IMG/VR virus record: IMGVR_UViG_3300029842_000004
Source of the DNA: a virus
Lineage: Duplodnaviria > Heunggongvirae > Uroviricota > Caudoviricetes
DNA: 64,000 nucleotides
Direction: 5' to 3' (one strand)
The notes below the pieces were generated by a model, which was not told the DNA's origin, made no database searches, and saw only the letters and a program-made list of their open reading frames with translations. A program made the position numbers and the translations under genes. Numbering within the stretch: position 1 is the stretch's first letter; the number at the start of each line of letters is the position of its first letter. Positions 27,692-36,926 of the stretch are shown here, one piece after another.

Positions 27692-28707
27692 TGGTCCCGG
27701 AAACGCATTTGCTATATAAGGAGTTTAATGGAGTGAAACGCCTTGCCATATCTTATTCCCAGATAGATACGTTTCTTACCTGTCCAATGAAATGGTATAA
27801 GACTTATGTGGAAGGTAAAAGGTCTACAGAAAAACAAGAAGCTACGTCTTATGGTACGGTTATTCATAAGACACTGGAATACTTCTTCAAGAACGGAAGG
27901 CAGCCTTCTGGCAAAGACCTTGGAGAAGCAATAAGTTACTATGCTTACCAAGAAGACATACCTTGGCAATCACCGGAAAATATGATGATAGCCATGAAAC
28001 AATCTGGGGAGCTTCTTGCTTGGATTGTGGATCTGTTTAAAAAAGACGGCAATAGGTTTATGATAGCTGATAGTGATCTTAATCCTTGTGAGAAACTTAT
28101 CAGACACGGCGCTATAGTTGGAGTCGAAGAAGATTTTGTGCTGCCGTACCGCCTTCCTAAGCCAGTTGACATAAATGGGGTAATTCATACCCATGTGTAC
28201 ATAGTAGGATCAGTAGACCTTCATCTGGCTATAAAGAGCAAGAACGTAATTCACCATTATGTCATAGATTGGAAATCAGGGAATAAGGTTTTTGATTCTA
28301 AGAAGTTGGAAACGAATTTACAGCATCCTATATATTCGTTTTACATCTATAGAAAATATGGTGGGGTTCTACCAGATATGAACATCTATTTCTTTACCAG
28401 AACCAGGCAGTACCAAAAGGTTAAGGTGGATGAGGAACGTAAAACAAAATCTATAGAGATGCTAAATGACACTTTATCTAAAATGTATGATTTTGAAGAT
28501 AATAGTGTAAAATCATTTCAAGCGTACATCCAGGGAGCAGAAGGAGCCAGATATAGCAAGAGGCGTGCCACCCTAAGCCAGCCTGTTTCGCAAAACAAGC
28601 TGCCCTGCCCGTCAGCACTGTGTTATTATTGTGACTTTGGATTACATAACAAAAACGAATGCCCTTTCTCTTCAGATTGGGATCCGTCTAAAAAGATAAA
28701 TCGATGA
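27688..28707 (+). CDS. Cas4/RecB-like PD-(D/E)XK exonuclease with C-terminal Cys cluster (339 aa)
   Basis: SYSQIDTFLTCPMKWY N-terminal motif. GSVDL. VIDWKSG (hhDxK[ST]G). C-terminal CPSALCYYCDF...C cluster. Confidence 0.65.
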   Translation: MMVPETHLLYKEFNGVKRLAISYSQIDTFLTCPMKWYKTYVEGKRSTEKQEATSYGTVIHKTLEYFFKNGRQPSGKDLGEAISYYAYQEDIPWQSPENMMIAMKQSGELLAWIVDLFKKDGNRFMIADSDLNPCEKLIRHGAIVGVEEDFVLPYRLPKPVDINGVIHTHVYIVGSVDLHLAIKSKNVIHHYVIDWKSGNKVFDSKKLETNLQHPIYSFYIYRKYGGVLPDMNIYFFTRTRQYQKVKVDEERKTKSIEMLNDTLSKMYDFEDNSVKSFQAYIQGAEGARYSKRRATLSQPVSQNKLPCPSALCYYCDFGLHNKNECPFSSDWDPSKKINR

Positions 28708-28873
28708 AATACGAGGACGTTCAAAAGTTAAGAACAAAATATCGGCAAGATCCGGAAGTCATATATCTTGAAGAGATGAGGAACGTGGCGGTACGGTGCG
28801 GAAATTTTAAAAAGGCGTTTGAGTTCCAGGAGAAACTTGAGGCTATTTGGTTTAACTACTTAAAGGGAGTGCA

Positions 28874-29197
28874 ATGAAAGAAGATCTAATATGTGGAGTA
28901 GCGATCCTTTTGTATTTAGTTTTATTATACTTGCTCACGACAATTTTCATAAAAACAGGTGAAGCAGTAGATCGTTATAAGATGAAGAAGAAAACTGACA
29001 AAATCAAAGTAGGTCAAAGATACGAACATAAGAACTACTTTGAGGATCCATTTGAAAGAGGCAAGCATGTGATTAAGATATTAGACATAAAAGAAGGGTA
29101 CGCTCTATATGAGTACGAAGAAAAACTATATATACGTTCTTCTGAGAGTCTTGAATATATTGTTAAAAAATATATTTTAATTACTGATATAAAATAA
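28874..29197 (+). CDS. small membrane-anchored protein (107 aa)
   Basis: N-terminal hydrophobic helix. Confidence 0.5.
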   Translation: MKEDLICGVAILLYLVLLYLLTTIFIKTGEAVDRYKMKKKTDKIKVGQRYEHKNYFEDPFERGKHVIKILDIKEGYALYEYEEKLYIRSSESLEYIVKKYILITDIK

Positions 29198-29203
29198 GGG
29201 GTT

Positions 29204-29590
29204 ATGGAAAAGAAAGTTACAATCAAAGAAGGGATGGATATTTTTTACAAAAATGCAGGGAAAGATATATGGGTCTATATTGGACTTTTTGGAAATAAAG
29301 TGCTATCCATTTTAAAAAACAAAGGTGTTATTGCATGTGAAAACGATGCTGAATATTGCGTGTTGATGGATGGAGAAGATCATTTTATAAGTATAGCAAA
29401 AGACATGAGTCACGACTATTGTTGTGAATACGTTGTAGAAAGAGCAGAAGCCTACAGAGACTACCCCTCCAAAGGTGCTACATGCAGTGTATGTCTGTTT
29501 GAAGATAATGAGAATAAAGCGAGAGAAATGCTAAAGGAGGCGATAATAGAACTTTCAAAAAACAGTAAAATAGATTGCGATGGGCTTTGA
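29204..29590 (+). CDS. hypothetical protein (128 aa)
   Basis: ORF. Confidence 0.55.
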   Translation: MEKKVTIKEGMDIFYKNAGKDIWVYIGLFGNKVLSILKNKGVIACENDAEYCVLMDGEDHFISIAKDMSHDYCCEYVVERAEAYRDYPSKGATCSVCLFEDNENKAREMLKEAIIELSKNSKIDCDGL

Positions 29591-31001
29591 ACTTAGACCT
29601 TACCAAAAAGAGGCCGTAGATGTCGGGCTTAAGTTTCTTACAGGAAAATCTAAGAAGCCTGGCATAATAGTGGCCCCATGCGGAGCAGGTAAGAGCCTTC
29701 TGATATCCAAGATAGCGCATGAGATAAATAGACCGACGTTAGTATTGCAGCCATCAAAAGAGATTCTGGAACAGAATTATGCGAAAGCCATATCATTTGG
29801 AGCTAAACCTACCATATACTCTGCCTCATGTGGCGTAAAGGAATTATCGGCTATGACTTATGCTACACTTAAAAGCATAAAGAAAGACGTAGCAAGGTTG
29901 AAAGATATAGGGATAGACACCTTATTGGTGGACGAATGCCACTCGGGGTATTCCCCTGAGGAAGGTTCTGAATTTATGGAGTTTATGAGCGAGTTTCCCG
30001 AGGCGAAGGTGCTGGGCTTCACCGCCACGCCCTGCCGCCTCCGGACCTACAGCTCCATGCTGGAAGGAAACTACAGCAAACTTAATATGCTGACGAAAGA
30101 CGAACATAACTTCTTCAAGAAAATAGTTCATGTAATACAAATACAAGAGCTAACTTCTCAAGGTTTTTGGTGTCCACTTAAGTACGAACGATGGTCGTTT
30201 GATGAATCGGCTCTGATGTTAAACAGTACCGGAGCCGAATACACCAACGAATCTATCAAAGAAAGCATTGTACGAAACGGCTTAAACAACTCTATCTATA
30301 AGCGTCTTCTTCAGCTTATGAACGAGCGTAAGGCCATTTTGGTTTGCATGGATTCTATCGAATCATGTAATAGAATATCCGAGTTCATGAATGCCAGGAT
30401 GGGAGCCATAACAGGTGTCGTAACATCGCTAACAACCAAAAAGAAAAGAGAGCAAATCATATCCGATTTCAAAGAAGGTAAGTTGAAGGTGGTTTTTAAT
30501 TATTCAACGCTTGCTACCGGATTTGATTTTCCCGAACTTGATTGTGTGATGTTTGGACGACCAACATTCTCATATTCAACATATTACCAGGTGCTCGGCA
30601 GGTGCGTTCGTATTCATCCTGATAAGAAAGAGGCGCTGATAGTTGATTGCTGCGACAACATGAGGCGTTTCGGCCGGATAGAAGATTTAACGATCGAACA
30701 ATTTCCTTCTAAGGGATGGTGTATGTTTGCCGGCGATCAACTTCTGTCCAATATAAGGATGGGTGATATTATTACCAAAGACGAAATCCTTCGCCGGGCA
30801 GCCTCGCTTAAATCCGTAAATGGAGATGGTAGGAGAGAGGACGATCTTGACAGCATAATAATGTGGTTTGGAAAATATGAAGGAATTAGATTCAAAGACA
30901 TACCGGTGTCGTATTTTAGGTTCTTGGCTGAGAATATGGCAGTAAAACCGGGAGATAGGAAAGAAAAGATTATCGAATATTATAATAGGATAAAAGCATG
31001 A
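29580..31001 (+). CDS. SF2 DExH-box DNA helicase (473 aa)
   Basis: RPYQKEAV (Q-motif/motif I region). APCGAGKS Walker A. LLVDECH DExH box. Motif VI-like QVLGRCVRI. Confidence 0.8.
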   Translation: MGFELRPYQKEAVDVGLKFLTGKSKKPGIIVAPCGAGKSLLISKIAHEINRPTLVLQPSKEILEQNYAKAISFGAKPTIYSASCGVKELSAMTYATLKSIKKDVARLKDIGIDTLLVDECHSGYSPEEGSEFMEFMSEFPEAKVLGFTATPCRLRTYSSMLEGNYSKLNMLTKDEHNFFKKIVHVIQIQELTSQGFWCPLKYERWSFDESALMLNSTGAEYTNESIKESIVRNGLNNSIYKRLLQLMNERKAILVCMDSIESCNRISEFMNARMGAITGVVTSLTTKKKREQIISDFKEGKLKVVFNYSTLATGFDFPELDCVMFGRPTFSYSTYYQVLGRCVRIHPDKKEALIVDCCDNMRRFGRIEDLTIEQFPSKGWCMFAGDQLLSNIRMGDIITKDEILRRAASLKSVNGDGRREDDLDSIIMWFGKYEGIRFKDIPVSYFRFLAENMAVKPGDRKEKIIEYYNRIKA

Positions 31002-31360
31002 ACAACAAAAGACGTAAGAAAATAGAGGATATTATTTCCAATTTGGAAAAGCATAAAACAGATCTTGAGTTTATCAAATCAAAGCTGTCAGAGGTCAGGC
31101 ATAATCTGGATTCAGCCAAGGATGATGTTGATATGATTTTAGACGAGGAGACAGAAGCAAGAGACAATATGCCGGAGTCGTTACAAGATACAGAAAGATA
31201 TTATCAATCAGATGAGGCTGTAGCTAATATGGAGGCGGTTGTTGATGATATGGAAAGTATTGTAGGGGATTTAGAGAATGCGGTTTCAACCATTGATGAT
31301 AAAATCGATGAGATAGAAACTGATATTATAGGAAATTTAGAGGCAGCCATAGGCGCATAG
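30998..31360 (+). CDS. acidic coiled-coil protein (120 aa)
   Basis: ORF, ATGA coupling. Confidence 0.5.
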   Translation: MNNKRRKKIEDIISNLEKHKTDLEFIKSKLSEVRHNLDSAKDDVDMILDEETEARDNMPESLQDTERYYQSDEAVANMEAVVDDMESIVGDLENAVSTIDDKIDEIETDIIGNLEAAIGA

Positions 31361-31409
31361 TATAAAAAATACAATAATAAAATTTAACACAGTATATTTG
31401 TATAGGTAT

Positions 31410-31446
31410 AATACGATACATATTTTTGTATCGTATTATTTTTTAT
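31410..31446 (+). terminator. rho-independent terminator (10-bp stem aatacgatac / gtatcgtatt, then ATTTTTT)
   Basis: Perfect inverted repeat followed by a T-run. Lies inside the track's TTG-started ORF 31426, so the real start is downstream. Confidence 0.75.
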
Positions 31447-31458
31447 GTGTTATATTTT

Positions 31459-32193
31459 ATGAAAACGAATGTCACAATGGTATCAAAAGACCGAGAATTA
31501 TTTGGCGTAATAATTAAGCAGGACACTAAAACTTCGTTTATGTCCTTAACAGACCTTCAGGAAGCCTACACGAAGAAGAGGGTTGAGATGGGGTGGAATG
31601 AAAAGAGAATAGAGAATATCCTATCTAATAAGGAGAGTGCGGAACGGGTTTACTATATCCTTGAAAAACAGGGATATAAGATAGAATCAGGATTTCCTGG
31701 TTTTATACAATCTGTTGAAAAAGAATCACTTATAAAAGTGATGAAAAAGATGGGAGCCTATAAAACAATGGGTAGAGGAGAGAATAGAAGGACTATGTGT
31801 AATCCATATATATGGGTGCTTGTAGCTATGGAACTGAACCCTATGTTGTACGCTGAGGTTGTTACGTGGTTGACAGATAAGCTTATCTTAAACCGAATAG
31901 AGGCAGGTGATAAATACAATGTCTTATCAAGAGCTATATCAAGATTTCCGGATGCCGATTACTCCAAGATGGCTAAAGGCTTAAATTGGATTGTATTTAA
32001 TGAGCATGAAAGCATGATAAGAAATAGGGCTACACAGGAGCAGTTGAAAGAACTTGAAACCCTACAGTCTAATCTTGCATTCTGCATAGAGATGGGAACC
32101 ATCTCTTCTTTCTCTAATTTAATGAACATGATGAGATCTATATATGTAAAGAAATGGGGAGAAGAGACTGTAACCTCTAAAAAAGTAAAATAA
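31459..32193 (+). CDS. KilA-N-like domain protein (about 244 aa)
   Basis: N-terminal VSKDRELFGVIIKQDTKTSFMSLTDLQEAY resembles the KilA-N/APSES fold. ATG start after the terminator. Confidence 0.5.
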   Translation: MKTNVTMVSKDRELFGVIIKQDTKTSFMSLTDLQEAYTKKRVEMGWNEKRIENILSNKESAERVYYILEKQGYKIESGFPGFIQSVEKESLIKVMKKMGAYKTMGRGENRRTMCNPYIWVLVAMELNPMLYAEVVTWLTDKLILNRIEAGDKYNVLSRAISRFPDADYSKMAKGLNWIVFNEHESMIRNRATQEQLKELETLQSNLAFCIEMGTISSFSNLMNMMRSIYVKKWGEETVTSKKVK

Positions 32194-32194
32194 T

Positions 32195-32482
32195 ATGGGA
32201 GTAAAAGAAATAAGAGAACTACTTAGACTCTACAATCTCGAACATAGTGTCGTCCAAAACAAAAGCTCTGGGCGCTATTCTATTATTCTTCACAATAACA
32301 TAATAGGAACGAACGTAGACGGAGAGAAAGTAGTTGTATTCAGGACCATTCCGGAAGGAAGCAACACGTTCTCTATGGAACGAAATAGATTCTATGAGGA
32401 ATTTGTAGAGGTTTTTGATGACGATAAGGCGATTGAAGCCGTAAGACAGTATTTTGAGAAAAACAGGAATGATAGGGTATAG
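32195..32482 (+). CDS. hypothetical protein (95 aa)
   Basis: ORF. Confidence 0.5.
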   Translation: MGVKEIRELLRLYNLEHSVVQNKSSGRYSIILHNNIIGTNVDGEKVVVFRTIPEGSNTFSMERNRFYEEFVEVFDDDKAIEAVRQYFEKNRNDRV

Positions 32483-32543
32483 GACGAAGATGAATTATAT
32501 TACTATCTAAATATGGTAAAACAACGATAAAACAAAATAAAAG

Positions 32544-33089
32544 ATGGACGATATTATTATTAAAAAAGGAACCGATGTAGTTCTTAACAGAGATCTTAAT
32601 GTTCGTGAAGTAACAGTAGCCAGAAAAGGACTTAAGGTTGCATGTGAAAAGGATATCAAAAAAGGAGATACAGAAGTTACACTGTCATACGAAGGTCGTA
32701 TGGAGTTCGATGTACCAGTTGAATATATATCTAAGAGTGATAATACTCTTTTTGAAAATAAAGAAAGTAAGTCGGTAAAGAATGACATCATTGACGACAA
32801 ACTACGATGGGATTTGCTTCCAATGGAAGAGATTGAGGATATTGTAAGAGTCTATCATGCTGGTGCAAAGAAGTACGGACCCAATAAATGGCAGAACCTT
32901 GACAACGGGTTTGAACGGTATCGTGCTGCGGCTGCCAGGCACCTAATGGAATACATGAAAGGGGAAAGAATAGACTCAGATACAGGAGCTTTTCATCTTG
33001 CACAATGTGCATGGAATTGTATAGCTATGCTGTGGTATGATAAGCACGGGAAAGGATTAATACCATTAAATAAGGAGGAAAAGAAATGA
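32544..33089 (+). CDS. dATP/dGTP diphosphohydrolase-like (MazG-related phage family) protein (181 aa)
   Basis: LRWDLLPMEEIEDIVRVYHAGAKKYGPNKW...AARHLMEYMKGERIDSDTGAFHLAQCAWNCIAML matches the conserved N-terminal domain of phage dNTP pyrophosphohydrolases. Confidence 0.6.
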   Translation: MDDIIIKKGTDVVLNRDLNVREVTVARKGLKVACEKDIKKGDTEVTLSYEGRMEFDVPVEYISKSDNTLFENKESKSVKNDIIDDKLRWDLLPMEEIEDIVRVYHAGAKKYGPNKWQNLDNGFERYRAAAARHLMEYMKGERIDSDTGAFHLAQCAWNCIAMLWYDKHGKGLIPLNKEEKK

Positions 33090-33397
33090 CAATAGAACAA
33101 CTAAATTATTTATTAAGAAAAGAGCTTTATGCTATAAAAAACCATAAAGACAACATTGATAGAATCAAAAAAGAATATTTTGATTCCAATTATGGGTTAA
33201 AAGAAGGAGATAAGATCCGTATTTTACACGAAGCAGGAGATGAAATGATAGGCTTCTTGAAAAAAGTTGAAGTATGTGAAGACGGAGATCTGTACTTGAC
33301 AATCCAAAAACAAAACGAAAAAGGTGACAGAGGCAGAGGGAAATGGAATATGTATCTATCATCAAAATTAATTAAAATAGAAAAATTATCAGATTAA
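33086..33397 (+). CDS. hypothetical protein (103 aa)
   Basis: ORF, ATGA coupling. Confidence 0.5.
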   Translation: MTIEQLNYLLRKELYAIKNHKDNIDRIKKEYFDSNYGLKEGDKIRILHEAGDEMIGFLKKVEVCEDGDLYLTIQKQNEKGDRGRGKWNMYLSSKLIKIEKLSD

Positions 33398-33404
33398 TAA
33401 CGAT

Positions 33405-33947
33405 ATGATTAGAGCAAGATTTTACATTAAAAAATCCGACTGCGGTAACGACTACCGTCCAGTCAAATGGCCTATAAAATATCCATATTGGTGTAGTGGT
33501 GAATCCGATGATTCATTCATACTTGTAGCGTATGCCGAAGACGAAGACAGCATAAAAGAGCTGTGGCCGGAAGCATACGATATTAATGTCTTAGAAAAAG
33601 ATACTGAGGTTAAATTCACATTAAGATTTCCTAAGCCTAAATGGTATGAATTGCAAGAAGAGAGATCAGAAGAGTATGATAAATTATATGGTAAATTCGT
33701 ATGGGTTACAGACATGTGTCTAAAAGATGGGAAAATAAGAAAGGTAAAAGCCAGAATAGAAGATTGTGGTGGTCTTTTATTAGCCGACACTCCTGGTCGT
33801 TACACCCCTTATCAGATAGGGGATTGTGCTTTTGAAAGCAAGGAAGAGGCTTTAAAACATGCAGAGGAACAGAGAACGAATTTAATTAAGTCTCTTAGGT
33901 TACAAATACATGAACTTGAAAATCTAAAATTCGAATGCGATGATTAA
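33405..33947 (+). CDS. hypothetical protein (180 aa)
   Basis: ORF. Confidence 0.55.
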   Translation: MIRARFYIKKSDCGNDYRPVKWPIKYPYWCSGESDDSFILVAYAEDEDSIKELWPEAYDINVLEKDTEVKFTLRFPKPKWYELQEERSEEYDKLYGKFVWVTDMCLKDGKIRKVKARIEDCGGLLLADTPGRYTPYQIGDCAFESKEEALKHAEEQRTNLIKSLRLQIHELENLKFECDD

Positions 33948-34653
33948 CTATGCAGCAAAAGCCAGAAAAGCTTATTTGATAAACAATTTCGATAAGATTC
34001 TTAACAGCCTCAACACGCTTCATTCAACGGTTGAAACCATGACGTTGTTCGTAAATGACCAGGCTTATAATTACATTCTTAAGCTAAAGGAAGTAATTAA
34101 AACCAGTCCTATATATAAGCACAATATCAAGCGTCTTTTAAATGATATGGACAAAGAGATAAAGAAGTACAATGCTTCTATCTACTACATAAATAAAGAG
34201 CGTAGTGAGGTTATAGCTGATATAACACAAGCGATGGAAGATTACCTCATGCCATACATAGACGACCTGGCCGGCGCTATAAGGGCAGCCGTGTGGTCGA
34301 GGGGTGTATCCGAGGAGCGGACGGAGGTGGCGGTACTGTCCCTAATCGTATCCTCCTTGGCCACGACATCAGGCAGACTTATTTCAGGTGGATATCAGAT
34401 CATGAAAGAAATGGGTGGTGGATGGGGTGGTAATCCATTTACGTTTATGAGCATTGATAAGATAAGACACTTATCTACATCATTATCTGATGCTATTACC
34501 GGTGGAGAAATAGCTCTTGAAGAAAAAGAAGCCAATGACATAACTAAGGCAATGGATGTTTTTATTGAGAAAATGTCTGATTCGGATATTGTCGATAAGG
34601 TGATCAACATACTCGAAGAGGCAGAATCTAAAAATAAGGAGGAGCAATCGTGA
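33940..34653 (+). CDS. hypothetical protein (237 aa)
   Basis: ORF. Contains a GC-rich codon island at about 34280-34350. Confidence 0.6.
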   Translation: MINYAAKARKAYLINNFDKILNSLNTLHSTVETMTLFVNDQAYNYILKLKEVIKTSPIYKHNIKRLLNDMDKEIKKYNASIYYINKERSEVIADITQAMEDYLMPYIDDLAGAIRAAVWSRGVSEERTEVAVLSLIVSSLATTSGRLISGGYQIMKEMGGGWGGNPFTFMSIDKIRHLSTSLSDAITGGEIALEEKEANDITKAMDVFIEKMSDSDIVDKVINILEEAESKNKEEQS

Positions 34654-34841
34654 ATTATTTGGATGGGTATGTAGAAGAAGTTCTTTCTGAGCCGTACTAT
34701 GACGATTATGGCTCTGGGGTTTTTAGGTGGTGGGTGAAAGTGTCTTACGTTTGTGAAGGAATAGGAGCTGTCACTACCTTAATGTTTGATACGAGAGAAG
34801 AAGCGGAAGCTGTAAAACCAGGTTACAAATTTTTATGCTGA
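34650..34841 (+). CDS. hypothetical protein (63 aa, GTG start after SD aaggagg)
   Basis: ORF. Confidence 0.45.
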   Translation: MNYLDGYVEEVLSEPYYDDYGSGVFRWWVKVSYVCEGIGAVTTLMFDTREEAEAVKPGYKFLC

Positions 34842-34848
34842 AAATAAT

Positions 34849-35034
34849 ATGAAGTATTTTATTTTATTGATGACATTAGTATTATCATCATGTTCAAATA
34901 ATCATCAGGTTAATGACGGATGGGTTATATATGATCTACGTCCTTTACAGGGTGGACTATTGAAGGGAAGGGTATTGTTACATCAAATAACTGCTGGTGC
35001 CAAGGTGATGTTTCGGATGCATTTAAGGATCTGA
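34849..35034 (+). CDS. putative lipoprotein (signal peptide plus lipobox LSSC), possibly frameshifted into the downstream frame (to about 35154)
   Basis: MKYFILLMTLVLSSCSNN. An adjacent frame continues open for about 66 codons to 35154. Confidence 0.45.
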   Translation: MKYFILLMTLVLSSCSNNHQVNDGWVIYDLRPLQGGLLKGRVLLHQITAGAKVMFRMHLRI

Positions 35035-35208
35035 TGCCTGATAATGCTACTTGGGCTACGAAGGAGGAATTTGACAAAGCCCCTGTAGTAGGATATATTA
35101 TAGAAGGTGTTGGTTTGGTTTTAACAGATAGGACAGGTCATGAAATTAATGCTTAGGAACTTATTTCATATTCCTCTTAGAATAGTTGAAAGAAAATTAA
35201 CTAATGGG

Positions 35209-35270
35209 GAATTGACATATTCTCATAGCTAAAGCAAGCGGGATTCTTGGATACAAACGTATGAAACCTT
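35209..35270 (-). pseudogene. remnant of a paralogous gene 3' end (YPRIPLALAMRICQFPIS*), one copy of a 48-bp imperfect repeat
   Basis: 35209-35257 matches 44297-44345 (about 43 of 48 nt), which encodes the C-terminus HPRIPFALAMGVCQTGNCII of the 44279..45004 gene. Confidence 0.45.
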
Positions 35271-35346
35271 AGTATTTTGTTGCAAGAAAAGATGGTAATT
35301 ATAACAATCCCCAGCCATACAATAGGTGTACGGTTGGGGATTGTTG

Positions 35347-36000
35347 TCATATCGTAAAATTAAGTGTTTTTTCTAATATTAGATATTCAGTATGAATTTT
35401 ACTTCCGCCATCATCTATCAAGTCCAAATTAATATAAGCCGTATATGATACATGATGATCACCAGGAGTGAGACGCTTCATTTCTGATAAGAACATAGAA
35501 TTTAAACCTTGGCCAGACCATGATTCTGGATATGGCAAAGGTGTAAAGTCGGCATCTGTACATTTTATAGCCCAAGTAAGATTAGGATCTGCCCTAACTA
35601 TTCTATCATGAGGTCCATCAATTACAAGATCTGGCATCTCATATTGGTAACTATCATAATTAAGGACAATAGGATCACCAAAGTTTATACAGTATATAGC
35701 AGCAGGTGGAGTAAGGCTTGTTATTAAAAAGGTTCTATAAATCCTATTGGTTGTTCTTAGCGTAAACTCATCAGGTGCTATCACACTTACTCTAAATCCA
35801 TAATAAGGAGAGGTTTCTAAAGCAATAGCAAGAACCACCGAATCCTGTTCAAGCAATTCCTTTATCGTATCAACTTGACTATCGATCTCTTGCCTATCTT
35901 CTATTGGAACACCTCCTCGAATATACACAGTATCCAACCTTTTTTTTAGAAGATTGGTATATAAGCTCACCACCATCAGGGATGGTTCCGATAAGTTCAT
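35347..36000 (-). CDS. hypothetical protein (217 aa)
   Basis: ORF. First gene of the minus-strand block at the convergent junction. Poly-G9 lies 13 nt upstream of its ATG. Confidence 0.6.
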   Translation of the reverse strand: MNLSEPSLMVVSLYTNLLKKRLDTVYIRGGVPIEDRQEIDSQVDTIKELLEQDSVVLAIALETSPYYGFRVSVIAPDEFTLRTTNRIYRTFLITSLTPPAAIYCINFGDPIVLNYDSYQYEMPDLVIDGPHDRIVRADPNLTWAIKCTDADFTPLPYPESWSGQGLNSMFLSEMKRLTPGDHHVSYTAYINLDLIDDGGSKIHTEYLILEKTLNFTI

Positions 36001-36013
36001 TGTTTACATAACA

Positions 36014-36022
36014 CCCCCCCCC
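36014..36022 (-). repeat. poly-G (G9 on the coding strand) in the 5' leader of 35347..36000
   Basis: C9 on plus strand. Minus-strand context gtataGGGGGGGGGtgttatgtaaacaATG. Confidence 0.9.
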
Positions 36023-36089
36023 TATACAGTTACTAACTATTTTATACTCATATAGTTTAGCATTATTTTCAAATCTTCTTCTCATAATT

Positions 36090-36800
36090 TCATAAAATTA
36101 ATTCAGTAAAAGGACGGACATAATGATAACTACCCCTTGAACCTGTATCCAAATGATCTCCTTGGATGTTTATATCATAATACCACGAATAGGAAAATTT
36201 TGTATTTCGAGTGGATGTCCACATTCTATTACTCATTATCGTACCTCCTACCATTAAAAGGCATTCGTTTATTTCATTCGCATACAATGATATCAAAAAA
36301 AACTCTCCGGCGCCACCTACATATCCATTTTGACCATTTTTAAATAAATAGCTATTAGCTTTATTAAAAGCGTAATCTGTATTACTGGTATCATATTCAA
36401 GATACGCATTCTGATTTTCACGCCCCCAATAATCCTTTTTAATAGTTCCCATATGAGAACTATCTTGTGCAAATATATTGTCTATTTGTCCATCCTTACC
36501 CCAACGAAATGTGCCAATATATTCGGTGGCTATAACAAAACACACTTTATCTACAAGAGCTATTCCATTGCATAGATCATTGGAATATCCTTTATTAGAC
36601 CAATTTTCTTTTGTATATAATCCTCCATCTACATGTTGGATGTATATGCCTTTATTGATTATAAGCGAGGGATTTACCCCCCCCCCATCCCTATTCGAAA
36701 TCTTCGTCTCATGATTTTTTGTTTGCAAGATAGCAATAATTGACAACATAAAAGAAACCGGTTCCCTATCATCTCTGACTGAGAACCGGTAAGAAAACAA
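36090..36800 (-). CDS. hypothetical protein with N-terminal hydrophobic anchor (236 aa), containing an in-frame poly-G10
   Basis: N-terminal FMLSIIAILQ. The G10 tract encodes DGGGV about 40 codons into the ORF. Confidence 0.55.
   Translation of the reverse strand: MFSYRFSVRDDREPVSFMLSIIAILQTKNHETKISNRDGGGVNPSLIINKGIYIQHVDGGLYTKENWSNKGYSNDLCNGIALVDKVCFVIATEYIGTFRWGKDGQIDNIFAQDSSHMGTIKKDYWGRENQNAYLEYDTSNTDYAFNKANSYLFKNGQNGYVGGAGEFFLISLYANEINECLLMVGGTIMSNRMWTSTRNTKFSYSWYYDINIQGDHLDTGSRGSYHYVRPFTELIL
36677..36686 (-). repeat. poly-G (G10 on the coding strand) inside the CDS
   Basis: C10 on plus strand, read directly. Confidence 0.9.
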
Positions 36801-36926
36801 TTTCAGAAAAAATTAAACCTACATAACCTTAAAGTAAGAACAAAAAAACGTATAGTCTACTCTTTGACAATGCTAAGATAACATATCTGGCTCACATCAA
36901 AGTAATGTAAGCTCGATATTCTTCGT

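Noticed and set aside
35894-36092. Fusion of the 236-aa and 217-aa minus-strand ORFs through the G9 tract
   Set aside because: The upstream ORF ends with a stop before the tract, and frame 0 has a TAA between the tract and the downstream ATG. No single slip joins them.
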